A DNA stretch of 64,000 nt. Origin: an uncultured Actinomycetota bacterium. Lineage in GTDB: Bacteria; Actinomycetota; Actinomycetes; Mycobacteriales; Micromonosporaceae. A program made the position numbers and the translations under genes. The notes beneath the pieces were generated by a model that worked only from the letters and a program-made list of their open reading frames with translations, was not told the DNA's origin and made no database searches. Shown here one piece after another: positions 8,894 through 18,063 of the stretch. The stretch lies in assembly GCA_963837285.1 (NCBI GenBank), contig CAWIMS010000005.1, positions 1,844,437-1,908,436 on the forward strand. The letters are read 5' to 3'. Position 1 is the first letter of the stretch. Every line of letters starts with the position of its first letter.

Positions 8894-9960
8894 AGCGCGC
8901 CTTCCTCCATGTCCGCCTCCGCGAGCCCCTGCGCACCCGCCGGCACGCGGGACACCGGTCGGGCATCGAACAACCGGAACCCGGTCACGGCGTCGGCGGT
9001 CAGCAGCTTCTCCTTGGCCCACGCGGGATCGAGCACATCGGCGGCGAAATGCACGCCCGGCGGGACCGCGCCCTCGATCACGGCCAGCCCGGTCATCGCC
9101 GCGGTCGCTCCGGTCAGCTCGCTGGAGCCCTTGCCCAACAGGACCATCGTCGGCATCGTCGGCTCACCGTGTGCCTGGAACACCAGCCGCTGGTACCGCG
9201 TACGCCCGAAGAGGTCGAGCTCGCTGGCCCTGACCACCGCCTCCGCGTCCACCGAATCGGTATGGGTCGCGGCCAACGTCTGGCGCAGCCGAGCGCCGGG
9301 GAAGACGGTGTAGTAAACCAGTTCTGCCAGATCGAGGTGACGTGCCAGCCGTTCCATCTCGGGGCTCAGGTAGGGCACGCCACTCGCTGGCTCGGTGAAG
9401 TACGGGACCTCCCCGTCGATGGCGGGCACGCCGGCCCGCTCCACCCGGGAGCCGTTGCGCCACACGGCGAAGGTCCGGCCGGCCGAGCCGTCCACCGCGG
9501 CCAGATAGTCGGCCGCCGCGCCGAGCGAGAACCGATCCTGCCCGCCGACGTAGCAGACCAGGCGACTGCCCCGCTCCCCCACGAGTTGTCGTGGCAGCAA
9601 GCCGGTCAGGCCGGGCAACATGCCGGCCGAGAGCACGACCGGCTTCGCACGGGCGCGGCCCGACAACAGATCGTGGACCGGCTCGTCTCCGCCCGGGTCG
9701 ACGTAGGCCACGCCGTTGGCTGTCGCCGCGTCCGCCACCATTGCCCGGATCGCCGGCGACGACGCGGTGCAGTTGATGACCAGCCGTAGCGACGCGTAGA
9801 ACCGCTCGAACGTGGCCGGTTCGTTGATGTCGACCACGACGTCCGCCTTCGCCGGGTCCCGGCCGGCGACCACGATCGGTCCCAGTCCCCAGGCCCGTAG
9901 CTGCGCGACCGTCTCGCGGCCAACGGATCCGTATCCACCGATGACGCCGATCGCGGTCAT
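8890..9960 (-). CDS. Saccharopine-dehydrogenase-like NAD(P)-binding oxidoreductase
   Basis: N-terminal Rossmann motif IGVIGGYGSVGRETV. ATGA overlaps with the NRPS stop (9957-9960) and with the TE start (8890-8893). The family assignment rests on overall pattern only. Confidence 0.6.
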   Translation of the reverse strand: MTAIGVIGGYGSVGRETVAQLRAWGLGPIVVAGRDPAKADVVVDINEPATFERFYASLRLVINCTASSPAIRAMVADAATANGVAYVDPGGDEPVHDLLSGRARAKPVVLSAGMLPGLTGLLPRQLVGERGSRLVCYVGGQDRFSLGAAADYLAAVDGSAGRTFAVWRNGSRVERAGVPAIDGEVPYFTEPASGVPYLSPEMERLARHLDLAELVYYTVFPGARLRQTLAATHTDSVDAEAVVRASELDLFGRTRYQRLVFQAHGEPTMPTMVLLGKGSSELTGATAAMTGLAVIEGAVPPGVHFAADVLDPAWAKEKLLTADAVTGFRLFDARPVSRVPAGAQGLAEADMEEGAL

Positions 9961-12900
9961 GGGCCGTCTCGTAGTTGCGCGGCGAGAGCCATGATGGATG
10001 GACCCTCCAGGAGCACTCGGAGCAGGGTGTTGAAGGTCAGCGGCGCCGCCTCGGGGACCTGCTCGATCAATTGACCGGCCAGCTGGGACGCGAGCAGAGA
10101 GTCTCCACCGAGCTCGTAGAACCCCTGGGAGCGTCCCACCGCCGGCAGGTTGAGAACCTCCCGGTACAGGACCGCTATCCGCCGCTCGAGATCGTCGAGC
10201 GGCTCGTCGGCCGCCGGCTCCGCGACTCTGGCCGACCGAGGGATCAGATTACTCAGCCTGTCCCGGTCGACCTTGCCGTTGGCGGTCAGCGGAAGGTGAT
10301 CCACGATCTGCACCACGCTGGGCACCATCACGGCCGGCAACCGCTTTGCGGCGGCGTCGATGATCTGCTGCGGCCGTAGCGACACGCGATCGGTCTTGAC
10401 CTGGCTGCCGTACACATAGAGCCCGATCTTGGTGAAGACGTCGTGCTCCCCGGGAAGTGCCAACACCAACTCGTCGCCGAGCAGCGTGACCCAGTCCTGG
10501 TGCGACACGAACGTCTGGTCCCGGCCGTGTCTCATGTCGGCGAAGTCCTCGGCGCGGCCGTCGGTGAGCAACAGTTCCATCGAGGTCATGATCTGGTAGT
10601 GGTCGCGCGTCATCTCCGCGAACAACAGCCATCCGCCCGGAGCCAGCAGCTCGCGCAGCGCCGCGACGGTGCGACCGACGTGCTTCGTCGCGTGGAAGAC
10701 GTCGCCCAGGACGATGGCATCGAACGAGTTGGGCGAGAATCCCTGCGCGCGGAAGTCGGTGTCGATGTCGAGGGTCGCATAGTGCACCCAGGGGAATTCC
10801 CCGAACGCCTCCTTGGCCCGGTTGAGGAAGAACTGGGAAAGGTCCGTGAACACGTACTCCACGTCGAGGTCGGCCAGCGCCGGGATGACGTCCATGCTGG
10901 TCCCGCCGACGCCGGCGCCGACCTCGAGAACGCGGAACGGCTTCGAACTATTCTTGGCAATGGTGCCGATCGACGCCGCGAGGATCGTGTTGGCCCAGCG
11001 GTTGAAGAGGGTCACGTTGTACAGCGACTCGCCGATGTCCACCCGCCCTTCGGGGAACAGCAGCTGCACCGCGTCGGCCCCTTCGCTTCGGAGCACCTCC
11101 AGCAGACTCCCGGTGCACGCCTTGAAGTAGTCGTGGACCTTCGCCGAACCGGGATCCAGGCGCATGACCAGGTCGTCGACCTCGCGCCAGGCCGCCGCGA
11201 CCGCGGACTGCTCGACCTGGAGCTCCGCGCGGTAGCGGTTGGTGTCCTCCTGGACCAGCAGGCTGTGATCGGTCAGCGCTCGAACCCAGCGGCGTACCAC
11301 GCGGTGGTGCCGTGACGGAGCCTGGGTCTGCGCGATTATCTGTTCCAGCGAATGCGTGTCTCGCGGGTGCTGGAACAGACCGCTGCGCTGGAACGCCTGC
11401 AACATGCTCAGCAACGCGATGTCGTCGAGCCGCCGGAGGTAGCCGACGTACTGTTCACGATCGACGCCCGCGGTGCTCTGGTCGGCGACCGCGTTGGCAG
11501 CCTCGGTCACAACGGCCGCGAGCTCGGTGACGCCATGGTCGGCCTGGGCGCCCGGCTCGATGAACGCCACCAGCCGTCGATCCGATCGCGAGGAATCGTC
11601 GACGATCACGGCCGCGTTGGCGACCTGCGAATCGGCGACCAGTGCCGCCTCGACCTCGGCCAGCTCGATCCGATGGCCCCGAATCTTGACCTGATTGTCC
11701 TCCCGGCCAAGGAACTCGATGTTCCCGTCCGGCAGGTAGCGGCCGAGATCGCCGGTGCGGTAGAGCCGCTCGCCGGTGCGGGGATGCTGGACGAACCGCT
11801 CCGCCGTGCGTACCGGATCGCCCAGGTAGCCTTTGGCGACGCCCGCGCCCCCGATGTAGATCTCACCCGTGACACCGTCGGGGCATTCCTGCCATCGCTG
11901 GTCGAGCACGTACATCTGCTGGTTCGACAACGGCTTGCCGTACGGAATGCTGCGCCACTGCTCGTCGACCGCGTCGATCGGGTAGAAGATCGACCAGATC
12001 GACCCTTCGGTCGCGCCGCCCAGGCTGACCAACTCGATGTCAGGAACGAAGCGACGGATCCGCTCCGGCAGGTTCACCGGGATCCAGTCGCCGGACAGCA
12101 GCGCGAGACGCAATGACGAAACGTCGGCGGTCGGCGCCGTCGACAGGAAGTCGACCATCATCTGCAGGTGAGCCGGCACCGAGTTCCACAGTGTCACCCG
12201 ATGCGCAGCGATCAGCTCGGCCCAGTGTGACGGCATGCCCCGCTGGTCGTGGTCGGGCACGACCAGACAGCCGCCGACGGCGAGTGGCCCGAACATGTCG
12301 TAGACCGACAGGTCGAAACCGAGGTTGGTCAACCCGAGGATCCTGTCCTCCGCGTCGACGCCGAACCGCCGGTTCACGTCCTCCACCGTGTTCAGCGCAC
12401 CGCGGTGGCTGATCTGGACGCCCTTCGGCGAGCCGGTGGAACCGGACGTGTAGATGACGTATGCCATGTCCGGGGTGGGCCGCGCCAGCGCATCCCGGCA
12501 GAACGACGCGAGGTCCACGTCCGTCTCGCGTCCGACCGACTCCTCGATGGTGACCACGTGCACTGCTTCTGGCCAGGACATCCCGTCGCGGAGGTGCTTT
12601 TGGGTCACCACGGTCGTGACGCCGGCGTCGGCGAGCATACCGTCGCGCCGCACGGTTGGCTGATTGGTATCGATGGGCAGATAGGGTGCGCCGGCGAGCA
12701 GGACGCCGAGCACGCCGATGAGCTGGTCGGGGCCGCGATCGGCGATCACCGCGATCGGTGCGGTGGGATGAACTCCCCGGTCCGCCAACTCGATGGCGAG
12801 ACTCGCCGCCCGGCGCAGCAGCACATCGTAGGTCAGTGTCCCCCAGGAGCCGGCCATGGCAGGAAGTTGAGGTGTCCGCAGGGCCTGCTGGACAACGGGC

Positions 12901-14510
12901 TCATGGAGCAGCCGGTGCCCGGGCAGGTCGCGGCTGACAGTCGCATTCGCGTCGCGGCGACGCTCCGCTTGCGTGGCCGGCAGCGCCACGAGCGCCGGCT
13001 GATCCCAGCAGTCGCTTTCATCCGCCAGGCGGTGAAGCAACTGTTCGAAGGCCGCGAACATGTCTTCGACCAGCCCGTCGGGGAAGATTCCCTCCCGGAC
13101 ATCCCAGTTGACGAGCAATGCCTCGTTGGCTACCAGCGCCTGACAGTCGATCCACACCTGTGGGGTCTGGGTCAGCCCGTGTACCAGAGTGGCGTCCCGC
13201 CAGAACTCCGGCTCGCGGTTGTCGAGCGCGATGGCGCTGGTGTACACGATCGGCATCAGCGCGTCGGCCCGGCCTCGGCGCGACCCGAGTTCACGCAACA
13301 CCTCGACACCGGAGCAGGCCATGTTGTCCATGTCCGCCCACAACTGCTCCTGCAGCGCGCGGGCGCCCTCGGTGAAGGTGGCCTCCGCACGCGGCCGCAC
13401 CTCGAGCAGGTCGACCGAGGTGAAGTCCCCGACGAGCAGATCAACCCTTTCGTGTACCGGCAGCCGGCTGAGCATGGTGACGCCGAGCGTGAAGCCGTCC
13501 TGCGACGTCCAGCGGTTGACCGTCTCCGCGTAGGCGGCGAGCACGGCACCCGACGGCGTCAGTCCATGGCGCGCGGTCAGGTCCTGCAGCCGCCGCCACT
13601 GCGCCGGGGCCAGTCGTGTTTCCCACCGGCGGAAGGCGGCGTGACCGCGCTTCTGCGGGTCGGTCCGCACCGGCAGCTTCGGCGCCGTCGGCAGGTCGTC
13701 GATCCGCCGCCACCAGTAGTCGCGCGCCCGGCGGTACCCGCGTCGATCCTTCAGCCGCTGCTGGGCCGCCAGGTAGTCGCGGAACGTGACGTCCAGCGCC
13801 GGCAACGGTTGGTCGGGAGCGTGGCAGAGCTGATGCAACTCGTCCAGCAGCAGTTGGACGCTCATGAAGTCGGCGACCAGCAGGTCGAACGAGAGGTGAA
13901 GCACCGATCGCTCGGGCGTCAACGACAACCTCACGTCGAACATCGGCCAACTGCCGGGCTGGTACGTGCGACGACACATCTGGTCACGAACCGCCGCCAC
14001 CTCGTCCGCCGCCCGGGCGGTGGGCTCGGGGCGAAGGTCCAGGACGGGCATCTCAAACTCGGGAGTGCTGTCCAGGACCTGCTGGAACCCGCGCTCGTCG
14101 ACCACCGCGCGCAGCATCGGGTGCCGTCCGATCAGCTTCTGCCAGGCCGCCGACAGCCGCTGCGGTTCCGCATCGGTGAGGTCGGCTTCCAGATAGACCT
14201 GGCACCCCACGCCTCCGTAGTCCAGACCATCGCTTCGTCCCAGCAGATAAGCGGTCTGCACGTCGGTGAGCGGGAACGGATCGGTGGCGTGGTCCGGCTC
14301 GGCCACGAGCAGGTTCGAGTCGACCTCGTCCTGCAGGTACTCGAGCAACGCCGACCGCTGCCGTCGCAACTCCTCCCGGTCCTCGTCGCCCAGCGCGCCG
14401 CGAGGCGCGCGGAACCGCAACTGACCGTCAGCCGCCCACAGCTGCACGCCGGCCGCCTCCAGCCGGTCGACCAGTTCGGCGGGGTGCGTATCTGCCATCT
14501 GCTCTGTCAC
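9957..14510 (-). CDS. NRPS, single module: TubC-type N-terminal docking domain - Cy - A (Cys code, embedded SAM methyltransferase) - PCP
   Basis: 1517 aa. Docking-like LEAAGVQLWAADGQLRFRAP (aa ~15-40). Cy motifs FPLTDVQTAYLLGR and DLLVAD (DxxxxD, aa 209-214). A motifs YVIYTSGSTGSPKGV, GEIYIGGAGVAKGYLGD, YRTGDLGRY, GREDNQVKIRGHRIELAEVE. The code read by eye, DLYNLSLIWK, indicates Cys. MT motif I VLEVGAGVGG (aa 1194-1203) lies between A8 and A9/A10 (LPAVMVP, NGKVDR). PCP motif FYELGGDSL (Ser1471). Confidence 0.95.
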   Translation of the reverse strand: MTEQMADTHPAELVDRLEAAGVQLWAADGQLRFRAPRGALGDEDREELRRQRSALLEYLQDEVDSNLLVAEPDHATDPFPLTDVQTAYLLGRSDGLDYGGVGCQVYLEADLTDAEPQRLSAAWQKLIGRHPMLRAVVDERGFQQVLDSTPEFEMPVLDLRPEPTARAADEVAAVRDQMCRRTYQPGSWPMFDVRLSLTPERSVLHLSFDLLVADFMSVQLLLDELHQLCHAPDQPLPALDVTFRDYLAAQQRLKDRRGYRRARDYWWRRIDDLPTAPKLPVRTDPQKRGHAAFRRWETRLAPAQWRRLQDLTARHGLTPSGAVLAAYAETVNRWTSQDGFTLGVTMLSRLPVHERVDLLVGDFTSVDLLEVRPRAEATFTEGARALQEQLWADMDNMACSGVEVLRELGSRRGRADALMPIVYTSAIALDNREPEFWRDATLVHGLTQTPQVWIDCQALVANEALLVNWDVREGIFPDGLVEDMFAAFEQLLHRLADESDCWDQPALVALPATQAERRRDANATVSRDLPGHRLLHEPVVQQALRTPQLPAMAGSWGTLTYDVLLRRAASLAIELADRGVHPTAPIAVIADRGPDQLIGVLGVLLAGAPYLPIDTNQPTVRRDGMLADAGVTTVVTQKHLRDGMSWPEAVHVVTIEESVGRETDVDLASFCRDALARPTPDMAYVIYTSGSTGSPKGVQISHRGALNTVEDVNRRFGVDAEDRILGLTNLGFDLSVYDMFGPLAVGGCLVVPDHDQRGMPSHWAELIAAHRVTLWNSVPAHLQMMVDFLSTAPTADVSSLRLALLSGDWIPVNLPERIRRFVPDIELVSLGGATEGSIWSIFYPIDAVDEQWRSIPYGKPLSNQQMYVLDQRWQECPDGVTGEIYIGGAGVAKGYLGDPVRTAERFVQHPRTGERLYRTGDLGRYLPDGNIEFLGREDNQVKIRGHRIELAEVEAALVADSQVANAAVIVDDSSRSDRRLVAFIEPGAQADHGVTELAAVVTEAANAVADQSTAGVDREQYVGYLRRLDDIALLSMLQAFQRSGLFQHPRDTHSLEQIIAQTQAPSRHHRVVRRWVRALTDHSLLVQEDTNRYRAELQVEQSAVAAAWREVDDLVMRLDPGSAKVHDYFKACTGSLLEVLRSEGADAVQLLFPEGRVDIGESLYNVTLFNRWANTILAASIGTIAKNSSKPFRVLEVGAGVGGTSMDVIPALADLDVEYVFTDLSQFFLNRAKEAFGEFPWVHYATLDIDTDFRAQGFSPNSFDAIVLGDVFHATKHVGRTVAALRELLAPGGWLLFAEMTRDHYQIMTSMELLLTDGRAEDFADMRHGRDQTFVSHQDWVTLLGDELVLALPGEHDVFTKIGLYVYGSQVKTDRVSLRPQQIIDAAAKRLPAVMVPSVVQIVDHLPLTANGKVDRDRLSNLIPRSARVAEPAADEPLDDLERRIAVLYREVLNLPAVGRSQGFYELGGDSLLASQLAGQLIEQVPEAAPLTFNTLLRVLLEGPSIMALAAQLRDGP

Positions 14511-14845
14511 ACCCCTCCCTCCTCGACGAGATCACTGTCAGGCAGCGGCTCTCGAACGTTGTCCACGGTCACGAGGAGCTTGGCGACAGTAGGCGTCTCG
14601 AGCAACTGGTACATAGGGATCTCCACCCCCAAGGTTCTCCGTGCCTCCCGGGCGAATCTGGTCGCCGGCAGGCTGTCACCACCGAGAGCAAAGAAGCTCC
14701 GTGTCCGCAAGGTCAGCAGTTTGTCGTGCTCGTTGTTGTGCTCGTTTCTGCGGGCTGAGGCAGTACACTCATCGGTTCGCTTCTCGTGGTGCCCACCAGC
14801 GACAAGGTCGTTGCCACGATGGCGTGAGCAGACACGCGGCCGCAA
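14507..14845 (-). CDS. Small PCP-like carrier protein, atypical/degenerate N-terminus
   Basis: The FFALGGDSLPATRF carrier motif is intact. The stop overlaps the NRPS GTG start (GTGA at 14507-14510). The region before the motif (NEHNNEHDKLLTLRT) is short and A/T-ending codons are unusually frequent. Acidic C-terminal tail PLPDSDLVEEGGV. Confidence 0.5.
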   Translation of the reverse strand: MRPRVCSRHRGNDLVAGGHHEKRTDECTASARRNEHNNEHDKLLTLRTRSFFALGGDSLPATRFAREARRTLGVEIPMYQLLETPTVAKLLVTVDNVREPLPDSDLVEEGGV

Positions 14846-15082
14846 GCGGTCGCGTTGGCCTACCGAGGGTTTCGCCGGTTGTCGCTCGGGAACCGCAGGC
14901 AGGACACGACTCGCACCCTCGCCCCGGAGCCGAGGCCTAAAGTAGCGTCCTGACGGAGAGCACTCCAGAGGACGAGCGCCGGTGTCCGAGTGAGGAAGTC
15001 GCGCAGTTGGTCGGCAGCCTCTGGGCGTCCCGGCCTAGATCCCGTATGCCAGGGTTCCGACGACAGATGGGGACGGACACCG

Positions 15083-15913
15083 GTGGGTGATCTGGAGGAA
15101 GACACTGCGGTCGAGCGTGTCGGCGATGGCCGCTACCGGGCCACCATCTCCTCCGATTGGGCACTGTGGGGGCCGGTCGGTGGATACCTCGCCAGTATCG
15201 CGCTGCGCGCTGCCGGCGCGCATTCGGCTCTGCCGCTGCCGGCGAGCCTGAGTTGCCAGTACCTCTCGCGGGCACGCTTCGACGTCGTCGACATCGAGGT
15301 GGATCGCCAACGCACGTCGCGCAGCGCGGAGTCGCTGACCGTGCTGATGAGGCAGCGCGGCACTCCCGTGATGAGCGCGCAGATCTGGGCGATCGCTGAC
15401 GACATCAAGGGTCCTGAACGGCGGCTTTCGTGCCCGCCGGTTGTGCCGGCGCCGGAGCAGCTCGCCGAGATCGTGCTCGACCCGGATCTCGCCGCGACCA
15501 GGACCGCGACCGCGGCCACGGCCACCGGAACGTTCTGGAAGAACCTCGAGCTGAGGTGGGTGGAGGACCAGAGCCGGTCCGAGGAGCTTCAGATCCACAG
15601 CTGGGTGAAGTTTCGGCCACGGGCGTACTTCAACGACCCGTGGGTGGACGCGTGCCGGGAGCTGATCAGTATCGACACAGCGATCCTGCCGGCGGCCGCG
15701 TGGGCGTTGGCCGGCGACAGGTTCGTCGCCCCCAGCATCGATCTCTATGTCGCGTTCCATTCGCCGCCGCCCCCCGAGGACTACCTGCTCGTGACGGCCC
15801 GAGGCACCGCCGCGGGGGCCGGGTTGGTCAGCGGCACAGCACAGACGCGATCCGTCGACGGCACCCTCACGGCGAGCGGTGGATCCCAGCTCCTCTGCCG
15901 GATGCTGGCGTGA
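15083..15913 (+). CDS. Acyl-CoA thioesterase II-like (double hot-dog, TesB-like) protein
   Basis: ORF 14990..15913. The pattern YRATISSDWALWGPVGGYLASIALRAA ... SLSCQYLSRARFDVVDIEV resembles the TesB/4HBT_3 family. The start is uncertain (14990 ATG or GTG 15083). Confidence 0.55.
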   Translation: MGDLEEDTAVERVGDGRYRATISSDWALWGPVGGYLASIALRAAGAHSALPLPASLSCQYLSRARFDVVDIEVDRQRTSRSAESLTVLMRQRGTPVMSAQIWAIADDIKGPERRLSCPPVVPAPEQLAEIVLDPDLAATRTATAATATGTFWKNLELRWVEDQSRSEELQIHSWVKFRPRAYFNDPWVDACRELISIDTAILPAAAWALAGDRFVAPSIDLYVAFHSPPPPEDYLLVTARGTAAGAGLVSGTAQTRSVDGTLTASGGSQLLCRMLA

Positions 15914-16288
15914 CTAACCCTGGGCAGTCGCGATCTGCCAGGTATTGCCCCAGCCGTCCCGCACCGTTGCCCACCGATCGCCCCACGGCATGTCGGAAGG
16001 GTCTCCGAGCGAGGTCGCGCCGGACTTGATGGCGCGCTGGTAAGCCGTATCGGTGTCCTCGACGTACACGATGAGGAAGGCGGGCGCCATCTCCCACTGG
16101 CCGCCGCCGTCACTGATCATCACCACAGAATCACCCAGCCGCAGCTCGACCGGTCGTCCTGACTGAAGCTCCCCTTCGGCGCCGAACACCTCGCGGAGGA
16201 AGTCGACGAGTCCTTGCGGGTCGTCGGTGATGATCCTCGGTGTGACCGTGTGTCGCCCGGCCCGCTGCCACGATTCCGATGCACCCAT
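15914..16288 (-). CDS. VOC/glyoxalase-bleomycin-resistance family protein
   Basis: ORF 15914..16435; the internal ATG at 16288 gives 124 aa. The C-terminal DMPWGDRWATVRDGWGNTWQIA is typical of small VOC proteins. Confidence 0.75.
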   Translation of the reverse strand: MGASESWQRAGRHTVTPRIITDDPQGLVDFLREVFGAEGELQSGRPVELRLGDSVVMISDGGGQWEMAPAFLIVYVEDTDTAYQRAIKSGATSLGDPSDMPWGDRWATVRDGWGNTWQIATAQG

Positions 16289-16713
16289 AGCTCTGCTTTC
16301 ACTCGTTGCCGCTCGGTGACGAATATTCGCGCGCCCGAGCCACCACCATCGAGACGGCACCGACGGTGCCGGGAGGCTCAAGAACACGAACGGCAACACC
16401 CTAGCGCAGCCGTGAACGCCCGGCAGCCGGGGCAAGTGATGACGGCGGCCGTTGTCCGCATGCTGAGGTGCCGTTGTCGGCCCAGCTCTGTTTGACGAAC
16501 CTCACGGAGTCGCCCGGGGTGCGCAGCCCATGCCGGACGCGCCGTCCGCGCATGGACGGCAAGCCGGACCAAGGTTTCCCCGTTTAACCCGATCACTAGC
16601 TGTGCGGATCATAGTCGACTATTCGGACCGCACGCAAACCGCACTGTTTGTTCCGATGGCATCTGGCTTGTGGAATGTGACGGCCGAAAGGTGAGTGCGG
16701 CGTGCCGGTCGGG

Positions 16714-17340
16714 CTAGGTGTCGGAAGCTCGGACCGTGCGGAGCAGGAAGCCGGGCAGGAAGAACTCCTCGCCGTCCATCGCCGCGGCCACGTCGACCTC
16801 CTCGACCTCGGTGTCGACCCACTCCGGCTCGGGGAAGCCCGCCCGCAGGGACTCCTCGGTCATGCCCCAGCCGTCGACCTCCTCCGGCGACACCGCGAGC
16901 ACGAAGACGGTCGCGCCCGGCGCGGCGAGGCCCGGCAGGAGCGCGAGGTAGTCGTCCACCTCGTCGGCCCCGCCCAGGCTGTGCAGCAGACCGGAGTCGA
17001 ACACCGAATCGAACGGCGCCGACGGCAACGACAGGTCGGCGGCATCCTGGACCTCGAACCGCACCGCGAGGCCCTCGGCGATGGCCTTTGCCCGGGCCCG
17101 GTCAACCGCCACGCGCGAGATGTCGATCGCCGTCACCTCGTAGCCGCGCCGGGCCAGGGCGATTGCCAGATCACCTGTGCCGCAGCCGACGTCGAGCACC
17201 TTCGGGCCCTTCACCCCGTCGTCGAGCACCCTCGCGAGTGCCGGCTGGGGACCACCGATGTCCCAGGGCGGCCCGCCCGGCCCGGCGTCGCGGTAGATCC
17301 CGTCGTACTCGTTGTCATTGAACTCGTCGCGTGCGGTCAC
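16714..17340 (-). CDS. Class I SAM-dependent methyltransferase
   Basis: Motif I VLDVGCGTGDLAIALARRG. GTG 17340 is preceded by GGGGGA. The alternative ATG 17427 lies inside a palindrome, so the shorter form is preferred. Confidence 0.75.
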   Translation of the reverse strand: MTARDEFNDNEYDGIYRDAGPGGPPWDIGGPQPALARVLDDGVKGPKVLDVGCGTGDLAIALARRGYEVTAIDISRVAVDRARAKAIAEGLAVRFEVQDAADLSLPSAPFDSVFDSGLLHSLGGADEVDDYLALLPGLAAPGATVFVLAVSPEEVDGWGMTEESLRAGFPEPEWVDTEVEEVDVAAAMDGEEFFLPGFLLRTVRASDT

Positions 17341-17422
17341 CGCATCCCCCGGGACAACTGGCTCGCCGACCTGAATCGACTCTACGCGTGCAGGGGGCGA
17401 TGCTACGTCGCGGAGGGCGATT

Positions 17423-17451
17423 GTCAAGACCTGTCGATGAGAGGTCTTGAC
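17423..17451. promoter_or_regulatory. Perfect 10-bp inverted repeat GTCAAGACCT-N9-AGGTCTTGAC (candidate operator or hairpin)
   Basis: Read directly from the sequence. It sits at the edge of a ~630-nt lower-GC non-coding spacer between a methyltransferase (-) and a P450 (+). Confidence 0.3.
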
Positions 17452-18063
17452 TTTGCCGCAGCAGCTCCCGGTGCCAGGGCTGCCGCAGAAGGAAGGAACG
17501 CCTCGCCGTGCTCATTCGCAGGACTGGAGTATTGCGCCACCGCGGTTCGCGAAACAACATGCCGCCTTGGCCCCAGTCCCACCGGCGGTGTCGAAACTGT
17601 CGTAACCGGCTGACACGCGCCTACACCACAAAACCGATCGCAGTCGAAACGCGCACACAAACGGTGTCGCAGTCCACAGACAGAACCTTCCGGGCGCCGC
17701 AGGGCGTTACGGCTCCCAGGGGCATACCCGAAAGGACATAGTCGGCTGCCCGCATGGGCAACGCGAACCGCGACCGACGATTGACCCACGTCACAGCAGA
17801 GCCCATCCAGGAGCCGTTCGGCGTGCGGGTTCCTTCCGTTCCGGCTTGCATGCGGCATTGTCGATGCTCTCCATCGCGCTCTCGACGGAAGCGGATGGCG
17901 CCAGTACCGTCCCGGATTGGCTGGGACCCAAGGAGATCGACGGCCCTCGCAGTCGGGTGAGGAAGTCGCTCTGCTGCATGACGGGTGCGCGCGACCCAAC
18001 ACCCGGCCGTCGACCCTGACCGGCGGACCCGCACCGCCGCCGACCGTCGAAAGGCAGCCGACC

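Noticed and set aside
12249-14945. 898-aa ORF on the + strand
   Set aside because: It is antisense to the NRPS gene. The composition is Arg/Pro/Gly/His-rich with no motifs, a typical high-GC shadow ORF. The minus-strand frame has complete NRPS motifs.
17460-18060. Riboswitch or other structured leader upstream of the P450 at 18064
   Set aside because: I could not recognise any conserved riboswitch core (B12 box, SAM, TPP, etc.) by eye. It needs an Rfam scan before any claim.
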